Shown: positions 1 to 11,067 of the stretch, one piece after another
How the letters are laid out: each line of letters starts with the position of its first letter
How positions within the stretch are numbered: position 1 is the stretch's first letter
NCBI GenBank assembly: GCA_007117695.1
Contig: SKFZ01000010.1
Location: forward strand, 1,305-65,304
Length of the DNA: 64,000 nucleotides
Direction of reading: 5' to 3'
DNA from: Bacilli bacterium
Lineage (GTDB): Bacteria > Bacillota_I > Bacilli_A > RF39 > UBA660
Translations under genes and position numbers: made by a program
The notes under the pieces: model-generated
The model's input: the letters and a program-made list of their open reading frames with translations, nothing else
Databases searched by the model: none
Told to the model about the DNA's origin: nothing

Positions 1-1498
1 TACTAACAATATCTAATTTAACATCAATCTCCTCACCCATATTTTTTAATTCTTTTTCATTAACATAAACACCGTTGTATTCCATTTCTGCCAATGTGCT
101 TGCAAGCGGCATTTCCATATCGATAAAAAGATCATACTCATCTTCTTCTTTTAACTTACTTATAAATTCCTCTTTTGTCTCATGAATAAATTTTGCTTTC
201 TTAACAGCATTTTCGATCATTTTAGATTCATTAAATTCTTCTTTTTTAGAATATATATTTTCTGCGAAAAAAACATCATACCCTAACTGATTAGCCAAAT
301 ATGCAACATCTTCCTTAACATTATAATTTAACAAATACGCTGCAATCATAGTATCAAAACAAACATTATTTACTGTTGAGTTCATATATTTTAAACAAAC
401 TTCTAGTTTTTTTAAATCATACGTATACTTTTCAACTCCATTAAACAAGTTTTCAATGTTTTCTAAGTTTTCTCGTTTAACAAAATAACTAACATCTTCG
501 TTATAAAGCGCTACGCCTAAAACATTCGCCTTATGATAATTGATGTTATCGGTTTCAATATGAATAGATAGTGGTTTGTCTGTTTTAATTAAAGAAATAT
601 CATCAATAACCGCATACTTTACCTTTTCATCACTTTTATTATTTTCTTTTTTTAAAAAAGAATAAAATTCTAAATCTTCATAAAGTTCGGTTAATCTTTT
701 ATGATCTTTATTTTTATAAAGCACATCGCACATGTCAATTTTAAGGGGTGCATCCTTAGTTATTTTAGCTAACTTATAAGATAAATATGCATTATCCTTA
801 TCATTTTCTAACTTCTCTCTTAATTTTCCCTTGATATCCTCTATACTCTCATATATACCATCAAGAGACCCATAATCTTTTAACAGTTTTAAAGCCGTTT
901 TCTCACCTATCCCCTTAACTCCAGGAATATTATCAGAAGAATCACCTTGCAAAGATTTTAAATCAACAATTTTTTCAGGTTTAATTCCATAATCTTTGTA
1001 AAAAGAGTCCAAATCATATCTAATATAATCTTTTTGCTTTAAAAGCTTAATATCAACATCGTTAGAAATCAGTTGTAACAAATCTTTATCACTGCTAATA
1101 ATAGTGCCTTGAAAATCTTTGGCATCATCACAATAGGAAGCAAAAGTTCCAATTATATCATCGGCTTCATAACCTTCAATCTCATAATATTTGATTCCCA
1201 TTGCCGTTAACAAATCTTTTGCAATAGGAAACTGAACTTTAAGTTCCTCAGGCATTTCAATTCGACCAGCTTTATAGTCATCGTACATTTCATTTCTAAA
1301 TGTCTTTCCTTTATCGAATGCTACCAAAATATATGTAGGTTTTTCTTCTAATATTATTTTGTTAATCATATTAGTAAATCCAAAAAGAGCATTCGTTGGA
1401 AAATCTTTGCTATTTTTCATGAAATTACCAGTATATGCAGTTGCATAATAACTTCTAAAAAGTAAATTATTCCCATCAATTAATATAAGTCTATTCAT
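1..1498 (-). CDS. polA: DNA polymerase I, N-terminal part only (5'-3' exonuclease domain and following region). The gene continues past the window start.
   Basis: The minus-strand translation from the ATG at 1498 reads MNRLILIDGNNLLFRSYYA...FDKGKTFRNEMYDDYKAGR...GYEADDIIGTFA...GVKGIGEKTALKLL. These are classic Pol I 5'-3' exonuclease (FEN) motifs. The frame stays open to coordinate 1. It is absent from the ORF track because it has no upstream boundary in the window. Confidence 0.85.
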   Translation of the reverse strand, partial: MNRLILIDGNNLLFRSYYATAYTGNFMKNSKDFPTNALFGFTNMINKIILEEKPTYILVAFDKGKTFRNEMYDDYKAGRIEMPEELKVQFPIAKDLLTAMGIKYYEIEGYEADDIIGTFASYCDDAKDFQGTIISSDKDLLQLISNDVDIKLLKQKDYIRYDLDSFYKDYGIKPEKIVDLKSLQGDSSDNIPGVKGIGEKTALKLLKDYGSLDGIYESIEDIKGKLREKLENDKDNAYLSYKLAKITKDAPLKIDMCDVLYKNKDHKRLTELYEDLEFYSFLKKENNKSDEKVKYAVIDDISLIKTDKPLSIHIETDNINYHKANVLGVALYNEDVSYFVKRENLENIENLFNGVEKYTYDLKKLEVCLKYMNSTVNNVCFDTMIAAYLLNYNVKEDVAYLANQLGYDVFFAENIYSKKEEFNESKMIENAVKKAKFIHETKEEFISKLKEEDEYDLFIDMEMPLASTLAEMEYNGVYVNEKELKNMGEEIDVKLDIVS

Positions 1499-1859
1499 AA
1501 ATCACATCCATTTTGTCTATAATATTAAGTTCATATAATTTTTCTAAACTTATTAAATTGTCTTCTAAAACATCATATATATTCAGTTTTATATCATCTT
1601 TAATAAACAATATATTGCTCCCCTTCAAACAAGACAAGTAATAATCATGTCCATCTACAGTGCCTAAGACTTCAATCATTTCAGCACACATCAATCCCTT
1701 TTGTTCAACTAAATCATATATGGCATAGCCATCATATTTGGCAATTGGATCAAGGCCTTTATACTTTTCATCATCACGAGAATTTGAAAAGGCAAAAATA
1801 ATACTTCCCAACACCAAAGATACAAATAATACACTTAAAAATACAACTTCTTTTTTCAT
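1491..1859 (-). CDS. Hypothetical small exported or membrane-anchored protein (122 aa) with an N-terminal hydrophobic signal/anchor. Its stop lies 2 nt before the polA start codon.
   Basis: ORF starts with the hydrophobic N-terminus MKKEVVFLSVLFVSLVLGSIIFAF. No recognisable family. Confidence 0.4.
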   Translation of the reverse strand: MKKEVVFLSVLFVSLVLGSIIFAFSNSRDDEKYKGLDPIAKYDGYAIYDLVEQKGLMCAEMIEVLGTVDGHDYYLSCLKGSNILFIKDDIKLNIYDVLEDNLISLEKLYELNIIDKMDVIYE

Positions 1860-1909
1860 TTTATCACCACTTAAATTATATCATATATATATTCAATAAA
1901 AAAAGGAAG

Positions 1910-3106
1910 TTACCTTCCTCTAACTTTATTATATATTTGCTTATCTTTCTTATCTAAATGTTTTCTTATAATTTCAACTACTTCATCATCAATAGACGTG
2001 TAATTTAAAATGTCATCTTTATACCCTTTTATTAACGAAGACAACTCAGATGAAGTGAATTCATATAAATAATTTTTTTTCTCAAAATCATTTAGTCTTT
2101 TTCTCAATCTAACATAATCTTTTGAAGTGACTTCATTTTTGGTCTTGTTTAAAGCAAGCTTTTCTATTAACTTTTTTCTATATGTTCCAACATTGATAAC
2201 TTTAATATCCAAATCTAATTCTTTTTGTTTTTTAACAGCTTCAATATATTCGTCAAATAAAAAATCAACAGAATTAGAGATCATCAATATCCCTTTTGGT
2301 TTTATTTCCTTTGAATCTAATATAACCTCATTAAAAACATCGTTATCATATTCAAAAATATCTGGGTTGACAGTAAAATTTATATTTATATTTTTTTCTA
2401 TAATCCTATCAGGCGTAAGTAATTTATTAAAACCATTTGTAAGAGAAACATAATTATATCCGTTTACTTTGAGAACTGATAAAACACTATCTTCTTTTTG
2501 CTTTGTTAAATTAATCTCTCCTATATTAGATCCCAATACGCTTTTATTGTTTATATCATATACTACACCCACATTGGAAGAATTCATGCTTAGCTGCATC
2601 TCAGTAATCAAGGAAGCCTTTTTATAATCTTTTTCTTCATAATTGAGCGGTTCTATTAGAAACCTAAATTGTTCATTTCCGTTTTTAAAATCATCAAAAT
2701 CCGTTAAATATCTAGGCCAGCTATTTCTAGCTATATTGGCAAAAAAGTTTTCAATACTAAATAAAGCATCAAACCTTTTTTTCAAATAATTAAGTGTTTT
2801 TGAACCATCATTTTTGACTTTTCTACCATTCTTTTCAAAGTGATGTAAATTTTCTTCAGATAAGAATTCATTAATAACCGATATTTTAGCAGAATCATAG
2901 TCACCAACTTCATCATAAATACTATTAAAATAACTAATAAACAAACTATATAAATTCAATATATAGTCTCCCTCTTGATAATCAGCGATGATCCCGTCGT
3001 TCACTAAATGCATGATTTCTTTACGTGCATTAGAGACTATTTCAAACGACATTTTTAAATTTTTGTTACTTAAATCATGAATATTCTTAGTACTTCTAGC
3101 ATTCAT
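1910..3106 (-). CDS. Hypothetical protein, 398 aa, no recognisable family.
   Basis: Long intact ORF with typical local codon usage. A terminator upstream suggests it starts its own transcript. No signal peptide and no recognisable motifs. Confidence 0.4.
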   Translation of the reverse strand: MNARSTKNIHDLSNKNLKMSFEIVSNARKEIMHLVNDGIIADYQEGDYILNLYSLFISYFNSIYDEVGDYDSAKISVINEFLSEENLHHFEKNGRKVKNDGSKTLNYLKKRFDALFSIENFFANIARNSWPRYLTDFDDFKNGNEQFRFLIEPLNYEEKDYKKASLITEMQLSMNSSNVGVVYDINNKSVLGSNIGEINLTKQKEDSVLSVLKVNGYNYVSLTNGFNKLLTPDRIIEKNININFTVNPDIFEYDNDVFNEVILDSKEIKPKGILMISNSVDFLFDEYIEAVKKQKELDLDIKVINVGTYRKKLIEKLALNKTKNEVTSKDYVRLRKRLNDFEKKNYLYEFTSSELSSLIKGYKDDILNYTSIDDEVVEIIRKHLDKKDKQIYNKVRGR

Positions 3107-3169
3107 AATATCACCTACTGACTTTTTTATTAATAGTTAGAATAACATATTTTGAGAACTTTTACAAAA

Positions 3170-3205
3170 CATAAAAAACCAATAGTATCATTCTAATACT
3201 ATTGG
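3170..3205 (-). terminator. Rho-independent terminator downstream of comEB. A 10-bp perfect stem spans the stop codon.
   Basis: The stem is ccaatagtat / atactattgg with loop cattcta. It is followed on the minus strand by TTTTTTAT. Confidence 0.6.
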
Positions 3206-3676
3206 AAAATTATCACTAATATCAAGTTGTTTATATTTAACGCCACACTCATCAAAAAGCCTTTTACTTGCTTTTGTCATATCTAAATCAGCGTATTTGT
3301 CAGATAAATAAATTACTTCACTAATTCCAGCCTGAATAATTATTTTAGCGCATTCATTACACGGGAAAAGGTCCACATATATTTTAGCACCCTTTAAGTC
3401 TTTTCTACTTCCTTGAAAGTTTAAAACGGCATTAAACTCTGCATGACAAACGTAAAAATACTTAGTATTAAAAGGTTCACCTTCCCTATCCCAAGGGAAC
3501 TTATCATCATGAAAACCATTGGGAGCACCATTATATCCAATAGAAAGAATTCTATTGTCCTCACTCACAATGCATGCTCCAACTTGAGTTGAAGGATCTT
3601 TACTTCTTTTAGCAGAAAGTTTTGCTACTGCCATAAAATAAGTATCCCAATCAATATAATCTTTTCTTTTTTCCAT
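3188..3676 (-). CDS. comEB: dCMP (CMP/dCMP-type) deaminase
   Basis: Contains the zinc-binding motifs HAEFNA and PCNECAK. Size is 162 aa. It overlaps or abuts polC. Confidence 0.8.
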   Translation of the reverse strand: MEKRKDYIDWDTYFMAVAKLSAKRSKDPSTQVGACIVSEDNRILSIGYNGAPNGFHDDKFPWDREGEPFNTKYFYVCHAEFNAVLNFQGSRKDLKGAKIYVDLFPCNECAKIIIQAGISEVIYLSDKYADLDMTKASKRLFDECGVKYKQLDISDNFPIVLE

Positions 3677-3684
3677 ATTACCTC

Positions 3685-6600
3685 CTAAAACAAACTCAGT
3701 TGGCTTGATTCATCAAGATCATCTAGTATTTTCATTTTTCTCATCTTCTCTATTAGAGTTGAAGAAACTTTGCACCTTTTTTGCAAATCTTCAATACTCA
3801 AGAAAGGTGCCTTTTCGCGTTCTTCGACTATTTTTTTGGCAACTGTCGTACCAAGTCCATCAATTGATGAAAAAGGTGGTATCAATGCCATATCATGGCT
3901 ACCTTTAGTAAAATATGATGCATCACTTTTGTTTAGATCAACATTTTCAAAAACTACACCTCTAGCAGTTGCTTCTAAAGCAAGCTTCAAAACCTCCTGG
4001 GTATCTAATTCTTTATTTGATGCTTCTCTACCTTTATTAACTATTTCAACGAGTTTTCTTTTTATAGCATCTCTACCTTCGATCATTACATCAATATCGA
4101 AGTCACTACACCTAACAGAAAAATAACCTAAATAATATTCAAGTGGATAATGAACTTTAAACCAGGCGATTCTAAACGCACTCATAACATAAGCTGCTGC
4201 ATGAGCTTTTGGGAACATATATTTAATTTTATAGCAAGAATCAATATACCAATCTACAATACCAGCATCTTGCATGATTTTTTTATACTCACTCCACTTT
4301 TCTTCATCTTTACTTGCTTTACCTTTTCTAACAAATTCCATAATTTTAAAGGCATCTTTTGGTTTTAAGCCATTATACATTAAATAAACCATAATATCAT
4401 CACGACAACCAATAACTTCTTTAAAATCACAAACATTGTTTCTAATTAATTCCTGAGCATTACCTAACCAAACATCTGTACCATGAGAAAGACCAGATAA
4501 CTTAATAAGTTCTGCAAATGTTGTAGGTTTAGTATCGACTAACATGTTTATAGTAAAGTTTGTCCCAAACTCCGGTACACCTAGTGTTCCAGTAGGGCAA
4601 TTTATTTCTTCACTAGTAACTCCAAGCGGTTCTGGACTTCTAAATATACCCATAACCTTTTGATCATCAAAGGGTATTTTCATTATATCCACACCAGTTA
4701 AATCTTGTAAAACTTTTAATAAAGTTGGATCATCGTGGCCTAATATATCTAATTTTAAAATGTTTTCTTCTATCGCATGATAATCAAAGTGTGTTGTTTT
4801 CCACGCTGAGTTTGGATCATCTGCTGGAAATTGATAAGGCGTAAAGTCAAAAGCATCCATATAGTCTGGAATAACAACTATTCCGCCCGGGTGCTGACCA
4901 GTAGTTCTTTTAACCCCAGTACATCCTAATGCAAGTCTTTCAACCTCAGCATTTCTCATCAAAATACCTTTGTCTTCACAATATCCTTTAACAAACCCGT
5001 ATGCTGTTTTAGCAGCAACCGTTCCAATTGTTCCAGCTCTTAAAACATAATCTTCACCAAATAACTCTTTAGTATAATCATGAGCTTTTGACTGATAATC
5101 GCCCGAGAAATTAAGATCAATATCTGGAACTTTATCAGCATTAAATCCCAAAAATGTCGCAAAAGGCATATCTTGACCTTCTTTAGTCATAACTTCATCA
5201 CATTTACTACAATTCATATCCGGTAGGTCAAAGCCAGATGGATATTTTGAACCTAACGTTTCTCCATTAATTTCAAAAATGCTCTCGCCACATTTAGGAC
5301 ACCTATAATGAGCCGGAAGTGGATTAACCTCAGTTATCCCCATTAAAGTCGCGACAAAAGAAGACCCAACAGAACCCCTAGAACCAACTAGGTAACCCTC
5401 ATCATTTGATTTTTTAACAAGTTTTTGAGAAATCAAATATATAACATCGAATCCTCCGCCTATAATACCTTCAAGCTCTTTTTCAATTCGATCTTTAACA
5501 ATTTCTGGTAAATTATCACTATAAAGCCTGTGAGCTTCATCATAAACAAGTTTTTTTACAGTTTCTTCTGAATTTTCAATTTTAGGAGAAAAAGGAACTC
5601 CTTTAGTATCTATTATCACTTCAATAACATCAATCATATCTGCTATAGCATTAGGGTTTTCTATGACGATTTTATTTTTCATTTTTTCATCTAAAAAGCT
5701 AAATTCATCCAGCATTTCATTAGTAGTCCTAAAATGTGCTGATGGTATATCTGTTATACCTTTTCTAGATAATGGATGTCTACCACCACCTGGTACTTTT
5801 TGATTAACTATTATTTGTCTATATATTTTGTCTTCTTTAGTTAAATGATGCACATCACCAGTAGCAACTAAAAGTTTATTACACTCCTCAGTTACCTTAA
5901 TTATTTTCATTAAATGATCTTGCAATTCTTTTCTAGAAGCAAAACTATCTGACTGAACTAAATGATCATAAAGTGATGGCGGTTGAATTTCAATATAATC
6001 ATAAAATGAAATAACGTTAATTAATTCTTCTTCCGTTTTAGAAGCGGCCTCTTTAAAAACTTCACTTTCATAGCAACTGCTCCCGATTAATAATCCTTCT
6101 CTTAAATTATTAATCTCACTTCTAGGTATTCTTGGAGTTTTATACAAATATTTTGTGCTAGCTAGTGAAATTAATTTAAATAAATTTTTAAGCCCTACTT
6201 TATTTTTAGCAAGCACATTCACATGATACTGCTTACCAAATTTTAATATTTCTTCACGCCCAACTAGTTTTTCTATATCTGTCAACTTTTTAATGTTTTG
6301 GTCATTTAACTTTTTCAACATCTTCATTAATACATAAGCTGTTGCTTCTGCATCATAATCAGCTCTATGATGATTATTCTCATCAAATTCAACATCATAC
6401 CTTTTAACAAGAGCAGACAAATTATGTCTAGCATAATTAGAATCAAGAACACGAGATAATTCCAATGTATCAATAACAGTGTTTTTTATCTCTCCCAAAC
6501 CATACTTTTTATACGCCATTTCTAAAAAAGACATATCAAACTTCGCATTATGAGCAACCAAAGGTAAATCTTGAATATATTCTTGAAATTCCTTAATAAC

Positions 6601-8007
6601 CTCTTCTTCTGACGCCTGTCCTTTTAACATTTCATCTGTAATACCTGTTATTTCTGTAATCTTTTTTACTAACTTTCTTTTAGGATCAACTAATTTAGAA
6701 AACTTAGAAATAATTTCACCGTTTTTAATTTTAACGGCTCCAACTTCAATTATTTGATCACCGGCTCCAGCATTAAAACCTGTTGTCTCCAAATCAAAAA
6801 CTACATATGTATTAGATATGATATCACTATCAGTAGGCCTTACAACAACATCAATAGTATCATCAATCATTACTAATTCTGCCCCATAAATCATTTTAAA
6901 AGGTTCTTCTCCATCTTTTAATGATTTGTTCATATTAGTTACTGTATGAAACAAATTCGGATAAGACTGAACACTATTGTGGTCTGTGACCGCAACTGCT
7001 TTATGACCTAACTTTTTCGCCATATTAATAAGGCTAGTAGGTTTAATCAAACCATCCATTTGGCTCATAAAAGTGTGCGCATGAAGTTCAACTCTTTTAT
7101 TTGGCGCATCATCAATAACTTCTTCATCTTTAAAATTTGATCTATTAATATCTCTTATATTTAAAACCAATTCTCCGGCATAAGCATCATTTTTAGTATA
7201 TCCTCTGAATTTATAATAATTTCCAATTTCTATTTTCTTTTTTAAATCCTTATATACAGAAGCATCTTTTGTAAAAATTTTACAATAAATGCTATCTGTT
7301 TTATCGGTCACCTTTAAAGTAATAATCTTAAAAGAAGTTTTAGGAGACTCAAAAAAATCTACATCAAAAACTTTAGCATCAATACAAACATTATTTTCTT
7401 CAGAAATAATATCAGAAACACCAGTAACTTTAGATCTTATTTCCTCACCAAAAATTATTTTAGATTCAACTTTTTTTCTCTTTGTTATTTTATGTCCGTT
7501 TCTCTCTTTATTTATTACTTCTTTTATTTCATTGCTTTTGTTTTTATCAATTGAAACATTAAAGCAAGCATCTTTAAATCCTGCTTGTTTTAACTTTTTA
7601 GTTATTTTGCTCTTAACAGAGTTAAATTTCATTTCCTCGGCTTTATTGCTAATTTCTAAATTAATCTGGCATCCATCAACCCCACAAACAGAATCTTTAT
7701 ATATACTTAATAAGGGGTATTCCTTACTATATGTATCAATTAAATGTTTGAAATAGTTATCTATGCCTTTTGGATTAACCACTGTTAAATCAAGCTTTAC
7801 TTTATAGTTAGAATATTTATCACTTAATTTTTGACAAAAATCTTCATATACATGAATCGGCAAATTATTCTCTATAGTAATAAAAAAAGTATAGGCATCT
7901 TTACTTCTGTTACCTACTATCTTATTTAGCTTTCCATCTAAAAAATAATTATAATTATCTTTTTCTAAACCAATTTGTTCTAATAAAACTTTTAATTTTT
8001 CATGCAT
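3685..8007 (-). CDS. polC: DNA polymerase III alpha subunit PolC (Gram-positive type, with PHP, OB, exonuclease and polymerase domains)
   Basis: 1440 aa. Contains the PHP motif [13 protein letters not shown], a DEDDh exonuclease block (VVFDLETTG...[10 protein letters not shown]) and the polymerase core. Confidence 0.95.
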   Translation of the reverse strand: MHEKLKVLLEQIGLEKDNYNYFLDGKLNKIVGNRSKDAYTFFITIENNLPIHVYEDFCQKLSDKYSNYKVKLDLTVVNPKGIDNYFKHLIDTYSKEYPLLSIYKDSVCGVDGCQINLEISNKAEEMKFNSVKSKITKKLKQAGFKDACFNVSIDKNKSNEIKEVINKERNGHKITKRKKVESKIIFGEEIRSKVTGVSDIISEENNVCIDAKVFDVDFFESPKTSFKIITLKVTDKTDSIYCKIFTKDASVYKDLKKKIEIGNYYKFRGYTKNDAYAGELVLNIRDINRSNFKDEEVIDDAPNKRVELHAHTFMSQMDGLIKPTSLINMAKKLGHKAVAVTDHNSVQSYPNLFHTVTNMNKSLKDGEEPFKMIYGAELVMIDDTIDVVVRPTDSDIISNTYVVFDLETTGFNAGAGDQIIEVGAVKIKNGEIISKFSKLVDPKRKLVKKITEITGITDEMLKGQASEEEVIKEFQEYIQDLPLVAHNAKFDMSFLEMAYKKYGLGEIKNTVIDTLELSRVLDSNYARHNLSALVKRYDVEFDENNHHRADYDAEATAYVLMKMLKKLNDQNIKKLTDIEKLVGREEILKFGKQYHVNVLAKNKVGLKNLFKLISLASTKYLYKTPRIPRSEINNLREGLLIGSSCYESEVFKEAASKTEEELINVISFYDYIEIQPPSLYDHLVQSDSFASRKELQDHLMKIIKVTEECNKLLVATGDVHHLTKEDKIYRQIIVNQKVPGGGRHPLSRKGITDIPSAHFRTTNEMLDEFSFLDEKMKNKIVIENPNAIADMIDVIEVIIDTKGVPFSPKIENSEETVKKLVYDEAHRLYSDNLPEIVKDRIEKELEGIIGGGFDVIYLISQKLVKKSNDEGYLVGSRGSVGSSFVATLMGITEVNPLPAHYRCPKCGESIFEINGETLGSKYPSGFDLPDMNCSKCDEVMTKEGQDMPFATFLGFNADKVPDIDLNFSGDYQSKAHDYTKELFGEDYVLRAGTIGTVAAKTAYGFVKGYCEDKGILMRNAEVERLALGCTGVKRTTGQHPGGIVVIPDYMDAFDFTPYQFPADDPNSAWKTTHFDYHAIEENILKLDILGHDDPTLLKVLQDLTGVDIMKIPFDDQKVMGIFRSPEPLGVTSEEINCPTGTLGVPEFGTNFTINMLVDTKPTTFAELIKLSGLSHGTDVWLGNAQELIRNNVCDFKEVIGCRDDIMVYLMYNGLKPKDAFKIMEFVRKGKASKDEEKWSEYKKIMQDAGIVDWYIDSCYKIKYMFPKAHAAAYVMSAFRIAWFKVHYPLEYYLGYFSVRCSDFDIDVMIEGRDAIKRKLVEIVNKGREASNKELDTQEVLKLALEATARGVVFENVDLNKSDASYFTKGSHDMALIPPFSSIDGLGTTVAKKIVEEREKAPFLSIEDLQKRCKVSSTLIEKMRKMKILDDLDESSQLSLF

Positions 8008-8075
8008 ACTATCACCAACTCAATTATACCAAATATTATGATCACATAAAAGAAAAAAGAACCTAAGTTCTTTTA

Positions 8076-8699
8076 TTAATCTTGATTCAATTCAACTAAT
8101 TTTTCATAATACATAGCTTCAGCAATTGTATAATATGGGATAAACCAAATAAGGGCCAACCCTAAAGTAATTATACAAAGTATAATCCAAGGAATAAAGC
8201 TCAATTGAAAGATAAAGAAATCCATTTTTTTGCCACGCATTAACTTCTTCCCTTCTTTAATTGACTCCTTATAACTATATTCTTTGTTCATAGCTTTGAC
8301 ATATAAAACCATGTAATAAACATATGCCGCTATAATTCCTGGTATTATAAGAAATATCGACCAAAACAATACTATTAAAAATACAATTAACATAATTGCC
8401 AAAACACTTAATAGTTCCTCTTGGAATTCCTTCATCAAAGTCATAATATTTTTTTTGTACCCCCTAGTGAAAGATACAACGTAATTTAAGTAAGCAACCG
8501 AAAACACAACGGAAACTAATATGTATAAAACTTCAAAAGCTAATACAAATATTTCTAAATTACCAAAAACTTCAATCATACCTTGAAAAAAACCTATTGC
8601 AGCTGCAAATAAAGCAAAATAAATAACCGGTTCCCATATAACCCACTTATTATTAAATGCTAAATTTTTTGCGCCACTTTTAATTTCTAACCTATCCAT
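8076..8699 (-). CDS. Integral membrane protein of unknown function (possibly DUF975-like). Start moved to the internal ATG that has an AGGAGG ribosome-binding site.
   Basis: Several predicted transmembrane segments. The minus-strand sequence TAGGAGGTTTTATGGATAGG places a strong Shine-Dalgarno sequence before MDRLEIKSG. The longer ORF-track start has no ribosome-binding site. Confidence 0.45.
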   Translation of the reverse strand: MDRLEIKSGAKNLAFNNKWVIWEPVIYFALFAAAIGFFQGMIEVFGNLEIFVLAFEVLYILVSVVFSVAYLNYVVSFTRGYKKNIMTLMKEFQEELLSVLAIMLIVFLIVLFWSIFLIIPGIIAAYVYYMVLYVKAMNKEYSYKESIKEGKKLMRGKKMDFFIFQLSFIPWIILCIITLGLALIWFIPYYTIAEAMYYEKLVELNQD

Positions 8700-8740
8700 A
8701 AAACCTCCTATTATTATAATATCACAAAAAAAAGAATTTT

Positions 8741-9454
8741 TCACTCCTTAATTATAAACAAAAACCTTATTTTATTAGATAAATCTTCTTCTATTAGTAT
8801 TTTTGAATCCTTAAAATATTGTTTTGAAATTTTCAAAACACTGTCCCCTTGATCAAAGCCTATTTCGAAAGCAATAATAAACCTCTCCTTAACATACTTT
8901 CTAGCCTCACTTAAAATTTTTTCGTAAAAGTATAGTCCATCATTATCTGCAAATAAGGCTAGATGAGGTTCATTTTTTAAAACAACATCTTCAATTTCAC
9001 CAGACTTCGAAATATATGGGGGGTTACTAATTAAAACATCAAACTTGTCATCAATATTCTCAAAAATATCACTCAAAACAAACTTTATTTTTGCATTATT
9101 TAATTTACTATTTTCTTTTGCAACAAGCAAAGCATCACTTGAAATATCGCTTGCTACTACAACCGAATTTAATTCATTGAATAATGTAATAGCAATAGCA
9201 CCAGAACCAGTGCCTATATCCAAAACTTTAGGATTAATAAAATTCATTTTTTTAATGTAAGATATAGTTTTTTCCACTAATTGTTCTGTTTCAAACCTAG
9301 GAATCAAAACACTCTTATTAACTTTTAAGTTGTATCCATAAAAATCAACATTACCAACGATATATTGAACAGGCTCATTATTTTCTAACCTTCTCATGCC
9401 ATCTTCTAATTTATCCTTAGGTAAATGCTTTAATAAGTATTTTTTAGATTCCAC
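8741..9454 (-). CDS. prmC: Release-factor glutamine N5-methyltransferase PrmC/HemK
   Basis: NPPY motif (ISNPPYI) and SAM-binding motif DIGTGSG. It overlaps prfA by 11 nt, the conserved prfA-prmC arrangement. Confidence 0.85.
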   Translation of the reverse strand: MESKKYLLKHLPKDKLEDGMRRLENNEPVQYIVGNVDFYGYNLKVNKSVLIPRFETEQLVEKTISYIKKMNFINPKVLDIGTGSGAIAITLFNELNSVVVASDISSDALLVAKENSKLNNAKIKFVLSDIFENIDDKFDVLISNPPYISKSGEIEDVVLKNEPHLALFADNDGLYFYEKILSEARKYVKERFIIAFEIGFDQGDSVLKISKQYFKDSKILIEEDLSNKIRFLFIIKE

Positions 9455-10505
9455 TGCTAGTCAACTTCCTATTTTGGTCTTCGATAATTAAAGCTTCTAT
9501 AATTTGCTCTAAATCGCCTTCCATAACTTTATCTAATTGTTTTAAAGTAAATGAAATCCTATGATCTGTAACTCTATTTTGTGGATAATTATAAGTCCTT
9601 ATTTTCTCAGACCTATCTCCTGTTCCAACTTTTGATTTTCTCTCGTCACCTTGTTCTTTTTCTTTTTGCTTTTCAGTTTCTTCATAAACTCTACTTCTTA
9701 ATATTTTCATAGCATTCTCTTTATTTTTAATCTGGCTTCTCTCTTTTTGGCTCGACACTACAACCCCTGTTGGGATATGAGTTATTCTAACTGCACTGTC
9801 TGTAGTATTTACAGACTGGCCACCAGCTCCACCACTTCTAAAAACATCGATTCTAATATCATCTGCTTTAATCTCAACATCTACCTCTTCTGCTTCTGCC
9901 ATACAAACAACAGTAGCAGTAGACGTATGAACTCTTCCTTGTGTTTCGGTTAAAGGAACTCTTTGAACTCTATGAGCTCCGCTTTCATACTTAAGTTTTG
10001 AATAAACATTCTCACCTTTGATCATGAACTCCACTTGTGAATAACCGCCGGCATCTGATTCTTCAGCATTTAACTCTTCTATTCTCCAGCCTTGTTTTTC
10101 AGCATACCTAGTATACATTCTATACAAATCACCGGCAAAAATGTTTGCCTCATCACCACCTGCAGCACCTCTAATTTCTACAATAACATTTTTATCATCT
10201 CTAGCATCCTTTGGAAGAAGTTCCATTTTAATTTCCTCTTCCATAGACTCCATCTCTTTTTTAGCGCTTAAAAATTCTTCTTCTGCAAACTCTTTCATCT
10301 CAGGATCATCTAACATTTCTTTGGCCTCTTCTCTTGTTTGCTTCAAAAGAGAATATTTTTCATACAATTCATGCGCTTTTTTAAGTCTCGATTGTTCTTT
10401 CGATAATTCAGTTAATCGCTTAACATCCGAAACTACTTCTTCTTGAGTCAATAAGTTACTAATTTCTAAATATCTATCACTTAAATTTTTTAATTTATCT
10501 ATCAT
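9444..10505 (-). CDS. prfA: Peptide chain release factor 1
   Basis: GGQ motif (SGGAGGQSVNTTDSAVRITHIPTG) and an RF1-type PxT region. Confidence 0.95.
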   Translation of the reverse strand: MIDKLKNLSDRYLEISNLLTQEEVVSDVKRLTELSKEQSRLKKAHELYEKYSLLKQTREEAKEMLDDPEMKEFAEEEFLSAKKEMESMEEEIKMELLPKDARDDKNVIVEIRGAAGGDEANIFAGDLYRMYTRYAEKQGWRIEELNAEESDAGGYSQVEFMIKGENVYSKLKYESGAHRVQRVPLTETQGRVHTSTATVVCMAEAEEVDVEIKADDIRIDVFRSGGAGGQSVNTTDSAVRITHIPTGVVVSSQKERSQIKNKENAMKILRSRVYEETEKQKEKEQGDERKSKVGTGDRSEKIRTYNYPQNRVTDHRISFTLKQLDKVMEGDLEQIIEALIIEDQNRKLTSSGI

Positions 10506-10594
10506 TTTATCACCTTCATTTTTTTATTGCTTACAAGTCAATAATTAACGTTTTAAATAAGCCGCCTCTAAGTAAATATATTACCACAATAGTT

Positions 10595-10626
10595 ATATAA
10601 ATAAAAGAAGTAGCCAAACTACTTCT
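10595..10626 (-). terminator. Terminator hairpin after rpoE
   Basis: 8-bp stem agaagtag / ctacttct with loop ccaaa, followed by a T-rich run on the minus strand. Confidence 0.5.
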
Positions 10627-11056
10627 CTAATTCATCTTCGTCAACTATAGGCAAATCTTCAAATTCATCTTCTTCGACATCGTCTTCTAAGTCATCATCT
10701 AGCGAAAGATCGTCTTCAGTTTCTTCTTCACCTTCGTCTTCTTCAACTTCTTCAACATCATCTTCAGTTTTTTCTTCATCTTCATCTTCGTCGATGTCAT
10801 CATCTTTACTCAAGTTTCTCTCCCTAAGATCCCACTCAAAATTGTCTAGTAAAGTAAATCTCTTATCGATTGTTAAAGATGTATAAAAATCACCTATTTT
10901 TTCTTCAAACAAACCATCACTAAAATTTAAAAGTTTACAAACCTCTTTAAAAATTGCTGGTGTATTTAATGTTTGACCTTTTTCTTTTAAAATATGATAC
11001 GAAATATCTGTATATGACATCAATTCTAAATCTTCTCTTGAAATGTCTTTTAACAT
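10619..11056 (-). CDS. rpoE: RNA polymerase delta subunit RpoE
   Basis: N-terminal HARE-HTH-like domain followed by a roughly 70-aa poly-Asp/Glu acidic tail. This is diagnostic of Firmicute delta factor. Confidence 0.85.
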   Translation of the reverse strand: MLKDISREDLELMSYTDISYHILKEKGQTLNTPAIFKEVCKLLNFSDGLFEEKIGDFYTSLTIDKRFTLLDNFEWDLRERNLSKDDDIDEDEDEEKTEDDVEEVEEDEGEEETEDDLSLDDDLEDDVEEDEFEDLPIVDEDELEK

Positions 11057-11067
11057 AATATCCCCCC

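Noticed and set aside
2127-2453. Plus-strand 108-aa ORF inside the 398-aa hypothetical gene. Similar antisense ORFs occur at 3705-4368, 7289-7756, 9045-9260, 9747-10446, 18388-18711, 24751-25266, 27202-28048, 57612-58632 and 59311-59721.
   Set aside because: All are embedded antisense to strongly supported conserved genes. They have low-complexity S/L/F/I-rich translations typical of AT-rich antisense frames and no ribosome-binding sites. They were treated as spurious.
10690-10830. Repetitive GAA/GAT-rich DNA resembling a microsatellite or repeat element
   Set aside because: It encodes the poly-Asp/Glu acidic tail of RpoE delta, which is normal for this protein.
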